Source of the DNA: Rebecca billardiae RCC1528
Taxonomy: Eukaryota > Protista > Haptophyta
Assembly (NCBI GenBank): GCA_965240325.2
Contig: OZ251222.1
Location: forward strand, 2,666,001-2,730,000
Reading direction: 5' to 3'
DNA: 64,000 nucleotides
Shown here: one piece after another, positions 55,453 to 64,000 of the stretch
Position numbering within the stretch: position 1 is the stretch's first letter
Layout: each line of letters starts with the position of its first letter
Translations under genes and position numbers: made by a program
The notes under the pieces: model-generated
Told to the model about the DNA's origin: nothing
Seen by the model: the letters and a program-made list of their open reading frames with translations, nothing else
The model's database searches: none

Positions 55453-57656
55453 CAAGGGTGGTCAGGGTCGCCGGTCGCCGACTCCAGCGGAGGCCGGCGC
55501 CGGAGCTTCACTTCCGATTTTTTGCAGCGGCGCGGCGCGCGGGGCCGCCGCCGCTGTGGCGGGCCGCTCGGGGCGTGCACGGCGTGGGCTCGTGCGGCCG
55601 CTGCCGCGCACGCCGAGCGATCCGGCGCGGGCTCGCGGCTTGTCGATGGCCTCGCGCGCCGCAGCGCGACGCGCGCCTTGCCTAGCTTCGCCTGTCTCGC
55701 GCCTTGGCCGCCGTGCACGCGTGCGCCGCCAAACCGCAAGCTCGGCATACCTCTCAGCCGAGCGTGCACGTGCCTTGCGCGACGCGACGCGGGCATTGCC
55801 GCCAGGCGATGTAGGCGTAGTGCGAGCGCGCGCCGTGAAGCCTCGGCGCGGATCGAGAACAATGAAATGATGCCGCGTACGCGCGTGGACCGTCTGTGCG
55901 TTGAGCAGTGCTGAAAGCTGCACGACTGACTCTCTTGCCGGGGCGATCGTCACGTCGCATCGTCACGCAAGGCTCACACACACGTCATAGTGGTGTTCAT
56001 CGTTTTGGCTACAACGCTCGACTAGTCTTCACGAGTCGCAGCGTCGCGATAGCCCATCGTTCAACGGAGGACCGTGATGTCCATTGGTGGTTGATGCGTC
56101 AGCAGTTGTCGACAGCTGACCGAGACGTTGAAGACACTCTCGATCCGCGCTGAGGCTTCACGGCGCGCGCTCGCACTACGCCTACATCGCCTGGCGGCAA
56201 TGCCCGCGTCGCGTCGCGCAAGGCACGTGCACGCTCGGCTGAGAGGTATGCCGAGCTTGCGGTTTGGCGGCGCACGCGTGCACGGCGGCCAAGGCGCGAG
56301 ACAGGCGAAGCTAGGCAAGGCGCGCGTCGCGCTGCGGCGCGCGAGGCCATCGACAAGCCGCGAGCCCGCGCCGGATCGCTCGGCGTGCGCGGCAGCGGCC
56401 GCACGAGCCCACGCCGTGCACGCCCCGAGCGGCCCGCCACAGCGGCGGCGGCCCCGCGCGCCGCGCCGCTCCAAAAAATCGGAAGTGAAGCTCCGGCGCC
56501 GGCCTCCGCTGGAGCAAGGGAGTCAAGGGTGCCCGCGCCCCAGTGGCGCGCTCGGCGGATGTTGGCACACAGATTTTTGCCCGCGGCCTGCGGCGGGCGG
56601 CGGCGAGGGCGTGCTCCGGTGGCGGAGCGAGCGCACGGGGCACGGCGCTGCGGGCGCGGATGTGCCCGCGAAGCCGGCGCGTGCGGACGGGCAGTTGCGG
56701 GAGAGCATATGGCGCCCTCCTGCGCCGCGCGACTTGCGCCACGCCTCTTTCGCCTCGGCTCAGAGCAGCGCGCACGCACGCGCCGCCTCAAGGCCAGCCT
56801 TGCCGCGCCGCAGCCGGCCGCGCGCGCGCCGTGCGCGGCGTGGTCGGGAAGGAGCGGGCGCTGCTGCCGGGCGAGATGGCGACATCATGTGCGCACGCCA
56901 TGCCGCCCCGCCACGCCTTGACGAGTGCGTCGTCGGTCCGTTTGCATGCCTCTTTGACTTGTCACAAATGGTGTGCACGGCCTCGCGGTCGTGACCCTTG
57001 GCGGGACGATCATTGAGACACAGAACAGTGCCAGACGGGCACGCGGGCTACTCTTACATGAATGTTCATCACCGCGTGGTCATGCAGAAGTGCTGGGTGC
57101 GACGCTTTCCTCGCGCTGATGCTCTTTCATCATCTTCTTCGAGCTCAGGTCTGGCTTCAGGCACGACAAGTAATCAGCACTCGTCAACAGCTGTGCGGAT
57201 CCGTTCTCGTGCCCTTTCGCGGCGCCACGGGGCGGCATGGCGTGCGCACGCGATGTCGCCATCTCGCCCGGCAGCAGCGCCCGCTCCTTCCCGACCACGC
57301 CGCGCACGGAGCGCGCGCGGCCGGCTGCGGCGCGGCAAGGCTGGCCTTGAGGCGGCGCGTGCGTGCGCGCTGCTCTGAGCCGAGGCGAAAGAGGCGTGGC
57401 GCAAGTCGCGCGGCGCAGGAGGGCGCCATATGCTCTCCCGCAACTGCCCGTCCGCACGCGCCGGCTTCGCGGGCACATCCGCGCCCGCAGCGCCGTGCCC
57501 CGTGCGCTCGCCCCGCCACCGGAGCACGCCCTCGCCGCCGCCCGCCGCAGGCCGCGGGCAAAAAGGTGTATCCCAACATCCGCCGAGCGCGCCACTGGGG
57601 CGCCCGCGGGCACCCTTGACTCCCTTGGCTGGAGTCGGCGACCCTGACCACCCTTG
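55453..57656. mobile_element. Non-autonomous foldback DNA transposon, P-superfamily-like (outer; 1084 bp without the nested copy)
   Basis: Ends CAAGGG/CCCTTG; 7-bp TSD GTGCGTC at 55446-55452 and 57657-57663. TIRs are 55453-55858 versus 56138-56514 plus 57635-57656; core is 279 bp. Confidence 0.9.
56515..57627. mobile_element. Nested second foldback element of the same class (1113 bp)
   Basis: Ends CAAGGGAGTCAAGGGTGCCC / GGGCACCCTTGACTCCCTTG; 7-bp TSD GCTGGAG at 56508-56514 and 57628-57634. TIRs are 56515-56910 versus 57228-57627; core is 317 bp. Confidence 0.92.
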
Positions 57657-57901
57657 GTGCGTCCTTGGTCGGATTGTACTGCTGCAAGTCAGTTGGTATG
57701 AGGGTAAGTCAGTAATTCGGCTTTTGGACGAAAGTCAAAAATCATTGTAAGAAAGTTACCCGCTTACCAAGGGCTCCAACGGCTTGAATATTGGCTTTGG
57801 CTCCGTTCGCGGCAATGATGAACAATACCAGACTTATTATGCTCGGCCACGCTCGGTGGTGAGCAGCGGGGAACACTTGCGTGCGCAGCTTCTCCAGGGC
57901 G

Positions 57902-60565
57902 ATGCCCCTCCTCCAAAAGGGGGGCACACGCCCTCGGGCGCGGCTCCTGCTCGCCCTCGTCGCAACGCTGCCGGCGTCGCGCGACCTGGCCGTCGCGAGC
58001 ATACTGCCCAACACGACAGAGCCAGTACTCGACCTCTCGGCCGGGCTGAGCCTCGCCGGCGACGTGCCGGAGGGCGGGTGTGCCTACTTCTCGGTTGAGG
58101 TGCGATGGCCGGACGTCTCGACGGTGACGTTCACTGTGGACGTGCAGTCGGGCGTGGCGGACGTGCTCGTGCGTGGAGGTGGCGAGCTCCCCGCCCTGGA
58201 CAACCACGCACTCGCCGTGAGCGGCGTGGCCGCTCGCGGCTCGATCACGCTCGCGCCGGCATCCGACACGCCCCCATGCAGCTTTGAGTCGTGCGTTGTC
58301 GTCGCAGCGGTGCGCGGCGTGAGCGCGCTCACGCCGGCGAACGCGACGAATACGTCGACGATCGCGTTCAACATCTCGGCCACTGTCGCCGTCAGCAAGC
58401 TCGGGCTGTACGTCGACGGCCCGCCGAGCGTCGCGGGCGCGTACGCGTTCTCACACGCGCGGTACGGGCCTGCGCTGCCATTTGAGCCGCTCGCTGGGCC
58501 GCTGGTGCGCGCCGAGCCGTATGCGCTGTGCACGCCGCCGACGGTCGACCTAAACGGCGCCATCGCCCTCGTCGGCGGCAACCTCGGCTGCGACAGCTCG
58601 TCCGACAAGGTGCGGCGCGCGCTCCTCGCCAGCCCCAACCTGCTGGCCGTGATCATCGCAGTGACGGTCTTCGAGACGCCCGGCCAGAACGAGACGATCG
58701 TGCCGCAGCTCACGACGACGGACACGCCCGAGTTCGTGCAGGGCATCAACGTGCCCGTCATCTCGATCTCGCGCACCGCCGCCGCCGCGCTCTCGGACGC
58801 GCTCGCCGCGAGCGCGGCCGGCGTGAACCTCACCCTCGTCCACCCGGCTGGCGCGCCCCGGCTGCTCTGGGGCGGGGAAATGGGCGGCGCCGGCAGCGCG
58901 ACCGTCGATCTGCGCACGTTCGGCACGCGGTACTTTGAGCTGAGGCCGACGGGCGAGGAGCGCGAGCTGCGCTTCGAAGTGCGCCCGCCGCTCGGCGCCG
59001 CGCCCGCCGAGCTCACCGTCTTCGCCGCCGCGTTCGGAGCCGGCGTGCCGCCGAGCAGCTCGACCGCCCCGACCGCGGACGCGCACGCGCTCGGCGGCGT
59101 GCAGACGGCGGGGGGCACGCGGCTGCTGCTGCTGCGCGCGCTCGAGCCGCTCGAGGCGAGCGCGCTGTGCGCGGGGTGCACCGTCCTCGTCGGCGTGTAC
59201 ACGGAGGAGGCGCTCGCGGCCGTGCAGGTGCGCGCGCTCGCGTCGCACGCCGTCACCCTCGCGGCGGACGAGCCGCGCGCCGACGCGACGGGCGGCGCGG
59301 GCGCGGACAGCCTCGGGGGCGCGCGCTACTTCCGCGTGGAGGTGGACGTGGCGAGCGGGCCGATGCGGCTCGAGCTCGAGCTCAACTCGACAGACGGCCA
59401 GCTGCTCGAGCTCTTCGCCGCGCTCGACTCCGAGTACCCCACCTACGCGCACGCGCCGTGGGTGGCGAGCACGGCCGAGGCGCCCGCTGACGCGACGGGC
59501 ACGCGGCGCGCCGTGCTCACCGTCGACTTGTCGTTCGAGCCCGCGCCGCGCACGCCGGTCTGGGTGCACGCCGGCGTGGGCGGCGCCGCGGCTTCCAACT
59601 TCACCCTGCTCGCGCGCGCCTCCGCCATCGCCGCGCCGCCGAGCTCGCCGCCGCCCGTCGCGAGTCCGGAGGCGTCGTCCTCGCCGTCCGCCTCCGCGCC
59701 CGCCTCGCCCCGCCGCTCCTCCGGCTGCTCTGCAGCGGACGACTTCGCGCCGGTGCGGCGCGAGGGCGAGGTGGAGAGCGGGGTGGTGCGCGTGCTGCGC
59801 ATGCCGCTCGTCAGCCGCTCGGTCACGCACGACCTCCTCGCCGTCCTCGCGCTCATGCTCGCGCTGCTCTTGCTCGCGTGCCAGCCGACGCGCCGCGTGG
59901 AGGCGGCGCTGGCTCTGGGCGCGCTCGCCGTGGCCGCGCTGGTCACCGGCGTGATCCACCGCTGGTTCGCGCTGCAGGGGTCGCGCACGCTGATCGCCGT
60001 CGCCGCGGCGATGGACCTGGGCGTGATCTGCGTCGTGATCCTCCTCCTCATCGTCCTGATCGTCCTCGTTATCGCTCGGCAGCTCCGGCGCCAGGGCTAC
60101 TTCGACCGCAGGCGGCGCGACGAGCTGCTCGCTGAGAACCCGCCGCCCAACGACGGCGCCGGGGGTGGCCGGCGGGCACGCGCCTTCTCGCCGCCGAGCC
60201 TCCGCGAGCTCGCGCGACGCTCGCGGCTCAGGGGTGGCGCGAGGGGACCTGGCTCTCCCGCGCCACCGCCAACGCGCACCGCAACCGATGGCGCAGCCCT
60301 CCCAGCGCTCCGGTCGGCGTGCCGGCGCGGGAGCCCAGGCGAGGCCATGGCGGCGGATGAGAGCAGCGAGCCCGCCCAGGCCGCTGGGGTGCCACGGCAC
60401 GTGCGGTGGGGCGATGGGGATGCGGACAGTGAGGATGATGCCACCGTCTTCTCCGACGATGGCAGCTTTGGCGGCAGCGAGCGCCCGGCAAGTGCGAATG
60501 CCAGCAGAGCGGCAGGCCGCAACGCCAACGATGACATCGCCGGTGACGACCGGTATCGGGTCTGA
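57902..60565 (+). CDS. Secretory membrane protein with a PA (protease-associated) domain, PPC-like beta-sandwich repeats and 3 C-terminal TM helices (887 aa)
   Basis: Signal RARLLLALVATLPA. PA motifs GPLVRAEPYALC...LNGAIALV..GC....KVRRA...AVII...INVPVISIS. PPC-like YFSVEV/YFELRP/YFRVEV repeats. Three hydrophobic helices near 59830-60075. Confidence 0.7.
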   Translation: MPLLQKGGTRPRARLLLALVATLPASRDLAVASILPNTTEPVLDLSAGLSLAGDVPEGGCAYFSVEVRWPDVSTVTFTVDVQSGVADVLVRGGGELPALDNHALAVSGVAARGSITLAPASDTPPCSFESCVVVAAVRGVSALTPANATNTSTIAFNISATVAVSKLGLYVDGPPSVAGAYAFSHARYGPALPFEPLAGPLVRAEPYALCTPPTVDLNGAIALVGGNLGCDSSSDKVRRALLASPNLLAVIIAVTVFETPGQNETIVPQLTTTDTPEFVQGINVPVISISRTAAAALSDALAASAAGVNLTLVHPAGAPRLLWGGEMGGAGSATVDLRTFGTRYFELRPTGEERELRFEVRPPLGAAPAELTVFAAAFGAGVPPSSSTAPTADAHALGGVQTAGGTRLLLLRALEPLEASALCAGCTVLVGVYTEEALAAVQVRALASHAVTLAADEPRADATGGAGADSLGGARYFRVEVDVASGPMRLELELNSTDGQLLELFAALDSEYPTYAHAPWVASTAEAPADATGTRRAVLTVDLSFEPAPRTPVWVHAGVGGAAASNFTLLARASAIAAPPSSPPPVASPEASSSPSASAPASPRRSSGCSAADDFAPVRREGEVESGVVRVLRMPLVSRSVTHDLLAVLALMLALLLLACQPTRRVEAALALGALAVAALVTGVIHRWFALQGSRTLIAVAAAMDLGVICVVILLLIVLIVLVIARQLRRQGYFDRRRRDELLAENPPPNDGAGGGRRARAFSPPSLRELARRSRLRGGARGPGSPAPPPTRTATDGAALPALRSACRRGSPGEAMAADESSEPAQAAGVPRHVRWGDGDADSEDDATVFSDDGSFGGSERPASANASRAAGRNANDDIAGDDRYRV

Positions 60566-60959
60566 TGATCACTCTGTGTCTGATGAGTCATCAGATGCGT
60601 GATATGCGCGACAAGGAGTGACTACGCTGCGCGAGACAACGCGCCACACGGGGCCTACTGGCGCGCGCTGATCATCGGCCGATCGAGAGAGCTTGTTCGC
60701 GCGCGCCAGCCGGTTCCACGAAAAGGCAAGCCTTGCCCTATGAACGCGAAGATTCGCCTCAATACGGAGGCGCGTCGCCTTTTCTTGGAACGGGCGGTGA
60801 CCGGCCACGGCCCTTGGGTGACCGAGCGAGCTCGCCTGCTGAAAACAAGACAGCGCCGCCGTGCGTGCCCGGCCCCGTAGCCTCTAGCCAGGGAAGTTCC
60901 ATCTGGCTGACATCATTTTGATGGCATCGTCGTCACCGTCTAGTCCCGCGCCAACATCA

Positions 60960-62702
60960 TCATCCGAGTCCACCACCAAAGTCGTCATCGTCGTCATCGA
61001 CGTCGTCGTCGTCGAGCTCCTCCCACTCGTCCGCGCCGCTCTGCACGAAGTCCTCCCACGGGACAGGCATCGGCTTGCGCGCAAAGAGCTCGACGGCGCG
61101 CGGCGCCCACAGCGCGAGCTCCGCCTCGCCGCCGAGGCCGCTCTGCGCCACGCCGACGACGGAGAACCAGCCCAGGCCGGAGACGGCTACGTCCAGCGCG
61201 CGCTCGCCCGGCGCGACGCGCACGCGCAGCGTGCGCTTCTCCTCAAACTCGCCGAGCCCGCCGAGCGCGTCGCGGCTGAGGGGCGGAGTGAGCGTGCTGC
61301 CCGCGCCGGCGGCGTAGTGCGCGGCGGCGTCCGCCGTGTCGACCGCGCTGAGCGTGGTGGCCTCCGGTCCGAAGAAGACGAGGCGCATGCACGGCGGCGC
61401 GCGCACCACGTCCACGCGCAGGAAGGCGCCCCAGAGCACCGACCAGCCCGCCTCCTCCTCGAGCTGCCGGCCGCGCAGGCCCGCGGCCAGGCCGGCGCCC
61501 AGCCGGTCGCTCACGGGCGCGGCCACGCCGCGCAGCGGGCTGCGGACGGTGAGTGCTTTGATGTCGGCCGGCGGCAGGCGCGCGGTGACGCGGTGGTGCA
61601 GGTGCACGCCCGGCGTGTCGTGCAGCTTCGAGCCGCCGCTGAACGCGTCGATCGGGATGATCCCGAGCGTGGTGCCGGGCGTGGCCGATGCCATCGGCTG
61701 CCGCTTGGCCAGTGCAAGCACGGACGGGTCGCGCCTCGCGAGCTGCTTGAGCATCGCCTTGATGAACATTGACTTGCCCACGTTCGCCGCGCCGAGGACG
61801 AAGACGTCGCGGCCCTTGCGCTGCGAGCAGATCGCGCGCACCGCGCGCTCCACCGCCGCGCCCGTGCGCGCGCTCACGAGGTGGACGTCGATCACATTGA
61901 GCGAGTGCGCCTCGCACAGCTGCCGCAGCCACGCGCACACGAGCTCGTCGTCCGTGCCGCGCGGGAGGAGGTCGGCCTTCGTGCCGACGAGGATGACGGG
62001 GTTGCGCCCGACCAGGTTGCGCACGCGCGTGAGGAACGTCCCCGACACGTCCACCATGTCCACCAGCTTGACGATCAGCGCCGCGCGGTCCGCCAGCCCT
62101 TTGAGCTGGTCGCGCAGCTGCTGCGGCGTGATCACCGAGCGGCCGCCCGCGAGGTCGGTGCTGCCCTCGCGCACGACGGGGATGAACTCGCCCTGCGCGA
62201 GCAGCCGGCATCGGCTGCAGAGCAGCTGGTCGAGCTGCCGGTGCACGCGCTTCTCCTCGAAGAGCGCCGCGTCGACGTAGCCGGGCACGTCGTCGTACTC
62301 TGTCTGCAGCGACGCGCCGCACCCGTAGCACGACGGCAGCGCGGGCGCCTTGGGCGCGCGCTGGCGCTTGGGCCGCGGTGGCGAAGAAGGCCGCCCGCCT
62401 GCTGCACGCGCAGGGCTGGTGCTGGACCCTCGGCGGGGGGCGCCCGATCGCGGCCCGCCGCCTCTGGGCGCGCCACCGCCAGCGCCCTCGCGCCGCGCCG
62501 CGCCGCCGCTCTTCGCACCCGTGCGCCGCTTCTGCGACGGCGCCTGGCGGGGGCCGCCGCCAGGCTGGCGTGAGCCACCTGGCTGCGCCATGACGATCGA
62601 GGACGCTCGCAGCGGCGCCACGCGCGGCTGCACGACCGCCGCTGTCACCACGGCTGCCGCCGTCATGTACGCCAGCGCGATCGACATGACGGTCGCCACC
62701 AT
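60960..62702 (-). CDS. NOA1: Circularly permuted GTPase NOA1/RIF1 (YqeH family), probably plastid-targeted (580 aa)
   Basis: Zn finger CYGCG...CSRC; G4 TKADLLP, G5 SAR, G1 GAANVGKS, G2 PGTTL, G3 DTPG in permuted order; ALIVKLVD as in plant NOA1. Signal-plus-transit-like N-terminus from ATG at 62702. Confidence 0.9.
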   Translation of the reverse strand: MVATVMSIALAYMTAAAVVTAAVVQPRVAPLRASSIVMAQPGGSRQPGGGPRQAPSQKRRTGAKSGGAARREGAGGGAPRGGGPRSGAPRRGSSTSPARAAGGRPSSPPRPKRQRAPKAPALPSCYGCGASLQTEYDDVPGYVDAALFEEKRVHRQLDQLLCSRCRLLAQGEFIPVVREGSTDLAGGRSVITPQQLRDQLKGLADRAALIVKLVDMVDVSGTFLTRVRNLVGRNPVILVGTKADLLPRGTDDELVCAWLRQLCEAHSLNVIDVHLVSARTGAAVERAVRAICSQRKGRDVFVLGAANVGKSMFIKAMLKQLARRDPSVLALAKRQPMASATPGTTLGIIPIDAFSGGSKLHDTPGVHLHHRVTARLPPADIKALTVRSPLRGVAAPVSDRLGAGLAAGLRGRQLEEEAGWSVLWGAFLRVDVVRAPPCMRLVFFGPEATTLSAVDTADAAAHYAAGAGSTLTPPLSRDALGGLGEFEEKRTLRVRVAPGERALDVAVSGLGWFSVVGVAQSGLGGEAELALWAPRAVELFARKPMPVPWEDFVQSGADEWEELDDDDVDDDDDDFGGGLG

Positions 62703-62856
62703 GTCGTCGTCAGGACGCGGCGGGACGGTACCCGTAGGCTCCGTGGAAATCGTTGGTCGTTTTTCGGGCGGAGGGCGGGAACGAGCATCATGGCGCACCT
62801 TGTTCGCACGTGTCGGTGAATGGCTGGGTGGCGGCGGTCACGCGGCGGCGGGTTAG

Positions 62857-64000
62857 CCGAGTCCGTCATCGGCTGGCGGCGGCGGGATTGACGACGACGA
62901 GTCCAACGTGCTCGATCGTTCCGGGGAGCCCGAGGCGGAGAACACGTACGTGTCCGGCTACATGGATGCGGACGAGCATCATGATGATCCCGTCGCTCCG
63001 CCTTGCGGCTCGCATGACGAACATGCGGCGTCGAGGAGGCGAACATGGCGCGCGCTCAGGGCGATGCGCCAGATAGTGGCGAGCACATGTTCGTCGACGC
63101 TGCCGAGCCTGTGGTCGTTGCCGAGGACGCAGAGGAGGACGCCGATGGTGGCCTGACTCTGCCGGCTGCAGCACTCGCGGCCGAGCAGCACTCGCGGCCG
63201 AGCCGGCGCGCGTCCCTGTGTCGCGCGAGGGCGGGACGGTGAAGCCGGACGCGAAGCAGGAGTGTGTGTACTTCTCTCTCCGCGCGATCGGCACCACGGC
63301 GCGTGCGGGAGCGCCGGTGCAGCCAGGCATCGGCTGGTCGAGCTCCATATCGTCGCCAGCATCAACACACTTCCGGGGCCAGATGAAGATGCTGAGGCCG
63401 AGCTGGAGCCGATCAAGGTGGGTGCGTGGGCGGGCAAGTTCAACACGGCGGGAGTGTCCATCGCACCTGACCCGGAGTGGCATGCGCTCACGGCCGAGGC
63501 CGTGGCGACCAAGCCGGACTTCGCATCGGAGGTGGACGGTCTGCTGGATTGGATGAAGGAGATCATCACGGACACCGGGTTTGATGGCATTCTGTGTGCG
63601 CACGGCGGCGACTCGTACGACTTCCGCCTTCTCGCGCTCGAGCTGGCCGCCGCAGAGCGGCTGCTGCCAGCGAGGGTGCAGATGTGCGCTGACCCCGCGG
63701 CGATGGCCCGTCGCTTCAAGGAGGAGGACTGGCAGGAGTGGACCAAGGGCAAGCCGGTGATGAGCCCGAGATCCATGGTCACGTTCGAGACTCAGAGCCG
63801 CTGCGAGGCAGGCGGTGATGTGTCGGATTGGGCCGATGCAACGGCGCTTGTCATGCACGAGCCCGCAGTCGCTGCTGCCCTGCACAAGGGCAAGGTCGGT
63901 GCGCGCTGGCTTGACGAGCCGAGCCGAGCGCGCAGCCGACGGCGGCGGCCGCCGCCGCTGCGGCAGGGCAGCAGGTGGCAGCACAGCGAGCGCCCACCGG
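62857..64000 (+). pseudogene. Frameshifted gene or pseudogene with a DnaQ/DEDDh-exonuclease-like domain, running off the window end
   Basis: The frame from ~63325 is open to the window end: HRLVELHIV...WHALTAEAVATKPDFASEVDGLLDWM...ILCAHGGDSYDFRLLALEL. The motif-I-like CVYFSLRAIG and an acidic N-terminal region lie in other frames. Confidence 0.5.

Noticed and set aside
55407-57687. ORFs within the inverted repeats, including the N-terminal extension of ORF 53901..55862
   Set aside because: They occur as mirror images in the TIR arms and have no transposase motifs; the real gene begins at the ATG at 55406 with a signal peptide.

Overview
Very GC-rich eukaryotic nuclear DNA with GT-AG introns, microsatellites and a 100-N scaffold gap. 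A TTLL2-like tubulin glutamylase implies flagella, and a NOA1/RIF1 GTPase with a signal-plus-transit-like leader implies a secondary plastid; composition and intron style fit a haptophyte such as a pavlovophyte (inference). The window holds about 12 protein genes, mostly in head-to-head pairs. It is dominated by one ~26.4-kb gene (26466-52871) that the ORF track splits into many pieces. Removing nine near-identical 119/121-nt introns gives a single ~8,440-aa type-I membrane protein. It contains about 150 LRRs in ten Cys-capped modules, an FG-GAP propeller, a ~2,100-aa Ser-Pro rod, 31 GCTDxxAxNYxxxAxxDDGSC repeats, a SEA-like GSVVV domain, one TM helix and an acidic tail. The second main signal is a family of non-autonomous foldback DNA transposons with CAAGGG...CCCTTG ends, ~400-bp TIRs and 7-bp TSDs (P-superfamily-like). 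One copy is nested in another (55453-57656), and a separate excision footprint (TSD-CAAGGG-CCCTTG-TSD, 26113-26138) lies upstream of the giant gene. Also present: three sulfotransferase-family genes (one with degenerate PAPS motifs), an SGNH hydrolase, an ARM-BTB protein, an EF-hand membrane protein with two possible winged-helix domains, a PA/PPC-type membrane protein, solo-LTR-like and Helentron-like elements, and a frameshifted DEDDh-exonuclease-like frame running off the right end. All family assignments are by eye from motifs; no database searches were run.
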